Shown here one piece after another: positions 62,127 to 64,000 of a stretch of DNA of 64,000 nucleotides; the stretch's first letter is position 1, and each line of letters begins with the position of its first letter. Made by a program: the position numbers and the translations under genes. Origin of the DNA: Chamaesiphon sp. OTE_75_metabat_95. Its GTDB lineage: Bacteria; Cyanobacteriota; Cyanobacteriia; Cyanobacteriales; Chamaesiphonaceae. The stretch lies in assembly GCA_031387665.1 (NCBI GenBank), contig JANNDL010000195.1, positions 113 through 64,112 of the forward strand. Reading direction: 5' to 3'. Under the pieces are notes generated by a model. It ran no database searches, was not told the origin of the DNA, and worked only from the letters and a program-made list of their open reading frames with translations.

Positions 62127-64000
62127 ATGAGTTACTGCCTAAACTCTAATTGCCAAGCTCCAGCCAATAATCCCGCCCGTACCAGCTTTTGTTTATCTTG
62201 CGGAGCTTGGGTACTGCTTAAAGATCGCTATCGCGCCCAGAAGCTATTAGGACAAGGCGGATTTGGCAAAACGTTCAAAGCAGTAGATGAACACCAACCC
62301 AGTCAGCCGTTGTGTGTAATTAAGCAGTTTGAATTTGGTAGCAATAATCCTCAAATCAGGGAGACGGCTCTAAAACTATTTTATGATGAGGCACGACATT
62401 TAGAGTCATTGGGGAAACATCACAATATTCCAGAACTACTAGCTTATTTTGATATTGAAGGTCAACCTTATTTGATTCAGCAGTTTATTGATGGGCAAGA
62501 TCTAGAGCAGGAACTAGCGACAGCAGGTGTATTCGACCAAAGCAAGATCCGCAAACTACTTCTTTCATTTCTACCAGTTTTAGATTTTTTACATAAAAGA
62601 TCGATACCAGTGATTCATCGAGATATTAAGCCTGCCAATATTATTCGGCGGTGCAGCGATGACAGTTTGGTATTAGTCGATTTTGGTGCGGCAAAACAAG
62701 CAACGAAGACAATATTAGGGAAAACAGGTACTCTTATCGGTAGTCCAGAATATACGGCACCAGAGCAACTAAGAGGTAAACCAACATTTGCTAGTGACAT
62801 TTATAGTTTGGGAGTGACTTGCATCTATTTACTTACCCAAGTTTCACCGTTTGACTTATTTGATATCAATCAAGACGCTTGGGTCTGGAGAGATTATCTG
62901 ATTAATAATCCAGTCGATGCAGAGTTGGGTCGAGTATTAGATCGAATGATTTCTAATTCCCTTCCTCAACGATATCTGTCAGCAACAGATGTGTTAGCAG
63001 CATTAGGGAATTATCAGCCAATAGTTACTCAAAATTCTATTTCACAAAATTTAAAGACACTCGATCTGGCTAGCCCATATGGAAATCTAAATTTTGACAA
63101 CTTCACTAAAGTTCAAGCGAAACCTCTGAATAATCAACATCCTCTTCAACCTCTCGATCCTGAAATAGCTAAAATACAACTCGATAATTCTACTGAAACT
63201 CAAGCCAAACTCCCCCACAATTCTCCTCCCCTCAAATCGTTTGAGTTTGAGACAGCTAAAATACGCATTGAAGAGCTAGGCGGCTTGTGGGGACATACTA
63301 AAGTTGTCATTAAAAAATCGCGTGGACAATCTAAAAAATTTATCGAATATTTTGGAGGTGGAGTAAACCTAGAAATGGTTGCAATCCCAGGTGGAAGTTT
63401 CTTGATGGGGGCACCAAAATTAGAGCCACAAAGCTATGATAACGAAAGACCACAGCATCAAGTACAAATACCACCATTCCACATGAGTAAGTATGTAATC
63501 ACGGTGGCTCAATATCAGACAGTAATGAGAGACAAATCCTATAGTAAAGATGAAGCAGATTTACCTATGACGTGTTCATGGCAAGGAGCAGTATCATTCT
63601 GTGAGAAGTTATCGAAAGGCTTGAAGCTAAATTATCGACTTCCATCTGAGGCAGAGTGGGAATATGCTTGTAGGGCAAGAACAACAACACCTTTTTATTT
63701 TGGAGAAACTATTGATAAAGAGCTTGCTTACTATGATTCAACGATGGCTTATGGAAGAGGTCAGAAGGATGAAAAGTCTAGTCGTATATCAGGAAAGAAG
63801 GTCGGAAGTCATCCAGCTAAAGATTTTGGTTTATACGACATGCATGGAAATGTGGAAGAATGGTGCGCTGATTCTTGGCATCCAAATTACATAGATGCCC
63901 CGACAAATAGTATTGCTTGGGTTTCAAGTAATAGCAATGAACGTGTCGTTCGGGGTGGTTGTGGAACAACTGATCCCTGGCTTTGTCGCTCGGCTGCACG
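62127..64000 (+). CDS. Zinc-ribbon - Hanks Ser/Thr kinase - formylglycine-generating-enzyme (FGE/SUMF1) domain protein, 5' part (continues past the right edge)
   Basis: The ATG is at 62127. The sequence is MSYCLNSNCQAPANNPARTSFCLSCGAW...LGQGGFGKTFKAVD...VIHRDIKPANII...DFGAAK...GSPEYTAPEQ, then GGSFLMGAP...ERPQHQVQIPPFHMSKYVITVAQY...LPSEAEWEYACRA...YDMHGNVEEWC. It stays open to position 64000 and is absent from the ORF track because it has no stop. Confidence 0.88.
   Translation, partial: MSYCLNSNCQAPANNPARTSFCLSCGAWVLLKDRYRAQKLLGQGGFGKTFKAVDEHQPSQPLCVIKQFEFGSNNPQIRETALKLFYDEARHLESLGKHHNIPELLAYFDIEGQPYLIQQFIDGQDLEQELATAGVFDQSKIRKLLLSFLPVLDFLHKRSIPVIHRDIKPANIIRRCSDDSLVLVDFGAAKQATKTILGKTGTLIGSPEYTAPEQLRGKPTFASDIYSLGVTCIYLLTQVSPFDLFDINQDAWVWRDYLINNPVDAELGRVLDRMISNSLPQRYLSATDVLAALGNYQPIVTQNSISQNLKTLDLASPYGNLNFDNFTKVQAKPLNNQHPLQPLDPEIAKIQLDNSTETQAKLPHNSPPLKSFEFETAKIRIEELGGLWGHTKVVIKKSRGQSKKFIEYFGGGVNLEMVAIPGGSFLMGAPKLEPQSYDNERPQHQVQIPPFHMSKYVITVAQYQTVMRDKSYSKDEADLPMTCSWQGAVSFCEKLSKGLKLNYRLPSEAEWEYACRARTTTPFYFGETIDKELAYYDSTMAYGRGQKDEKSSRISGKKVGSHPAKDFGLYDMHGNVEEWCADSWHPNYIDAPTNSIAWVSSNSNERVVRGGCGTTDPWLCRSAA

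Overview
This window looks like a chromosomal segment of a cyanobacterium. Diagnostic genes are ccmM, psbK, the alkane-pathway acyl-ACP reductase aar next to accA, and zeta-carotene desaturase. The sequence is also rich in CGATCG/HIP1-type motifs and in short 7-8-nt tandem repeats. About 55 protein genes are supportable. Housekeeping genes include gltX, aroC, lipB, accA, folE, wecB, an initiator tRNA-Met, a PiT phosphate transporter and a pilT-type ATPase. Signalling genes are dense: five Hanks-type Ser/Thr kinases, a 1787-aa kinase/ATPase/GAF/histidine-kinase protein, an FHA-FHA-ABC exporter, and a sigma-70/DUF1822 pair. I found several features missing from the ORF track. These are an IS110-family transposase running off the left edge, psbK, two paralogous 58-59-aa zinc-ribbon ORFs, a DUF2256 ORF, tRNA-fMet, and a kinase-FGE gene running off the right edge. 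The most interesting region is 53.7-62.0 kb. Three diverged 3' fragments of uvrA lie there in direct orientation and bracket two cargo units. One unit is a vapBC toxin-antitoxin pair with a frameshifted toxin. The other is a visibly AT-rich, tightly packed three-gene cassette: a cytoplasmic triple-GAF histidine kinase, a stand-alone receiver, and an intracellular S8 subtilisin-like protease with a roughly 450-aa N-terminal region I cannot assign. I flag this cassette as a candidate uncharacterised phosphorelay-gated protease (conflict/defence-type) module. Other notable items are a fusion of a DMATS-type prenyltransferase with a heme-oxygenase-like di-iron domain, a ccmM with no neighbouring ccm genes, and a PIN toxin gene split by a 93-bp element with an 8-bp target duplication. 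A 25-nt dispersed repeat is inserted in both long uvrA fragments, and four genes have G-free tandem-repeat leaders abutting the start codon. All family assignments come from reading the translations by eye. No database search or numerical computation was run.
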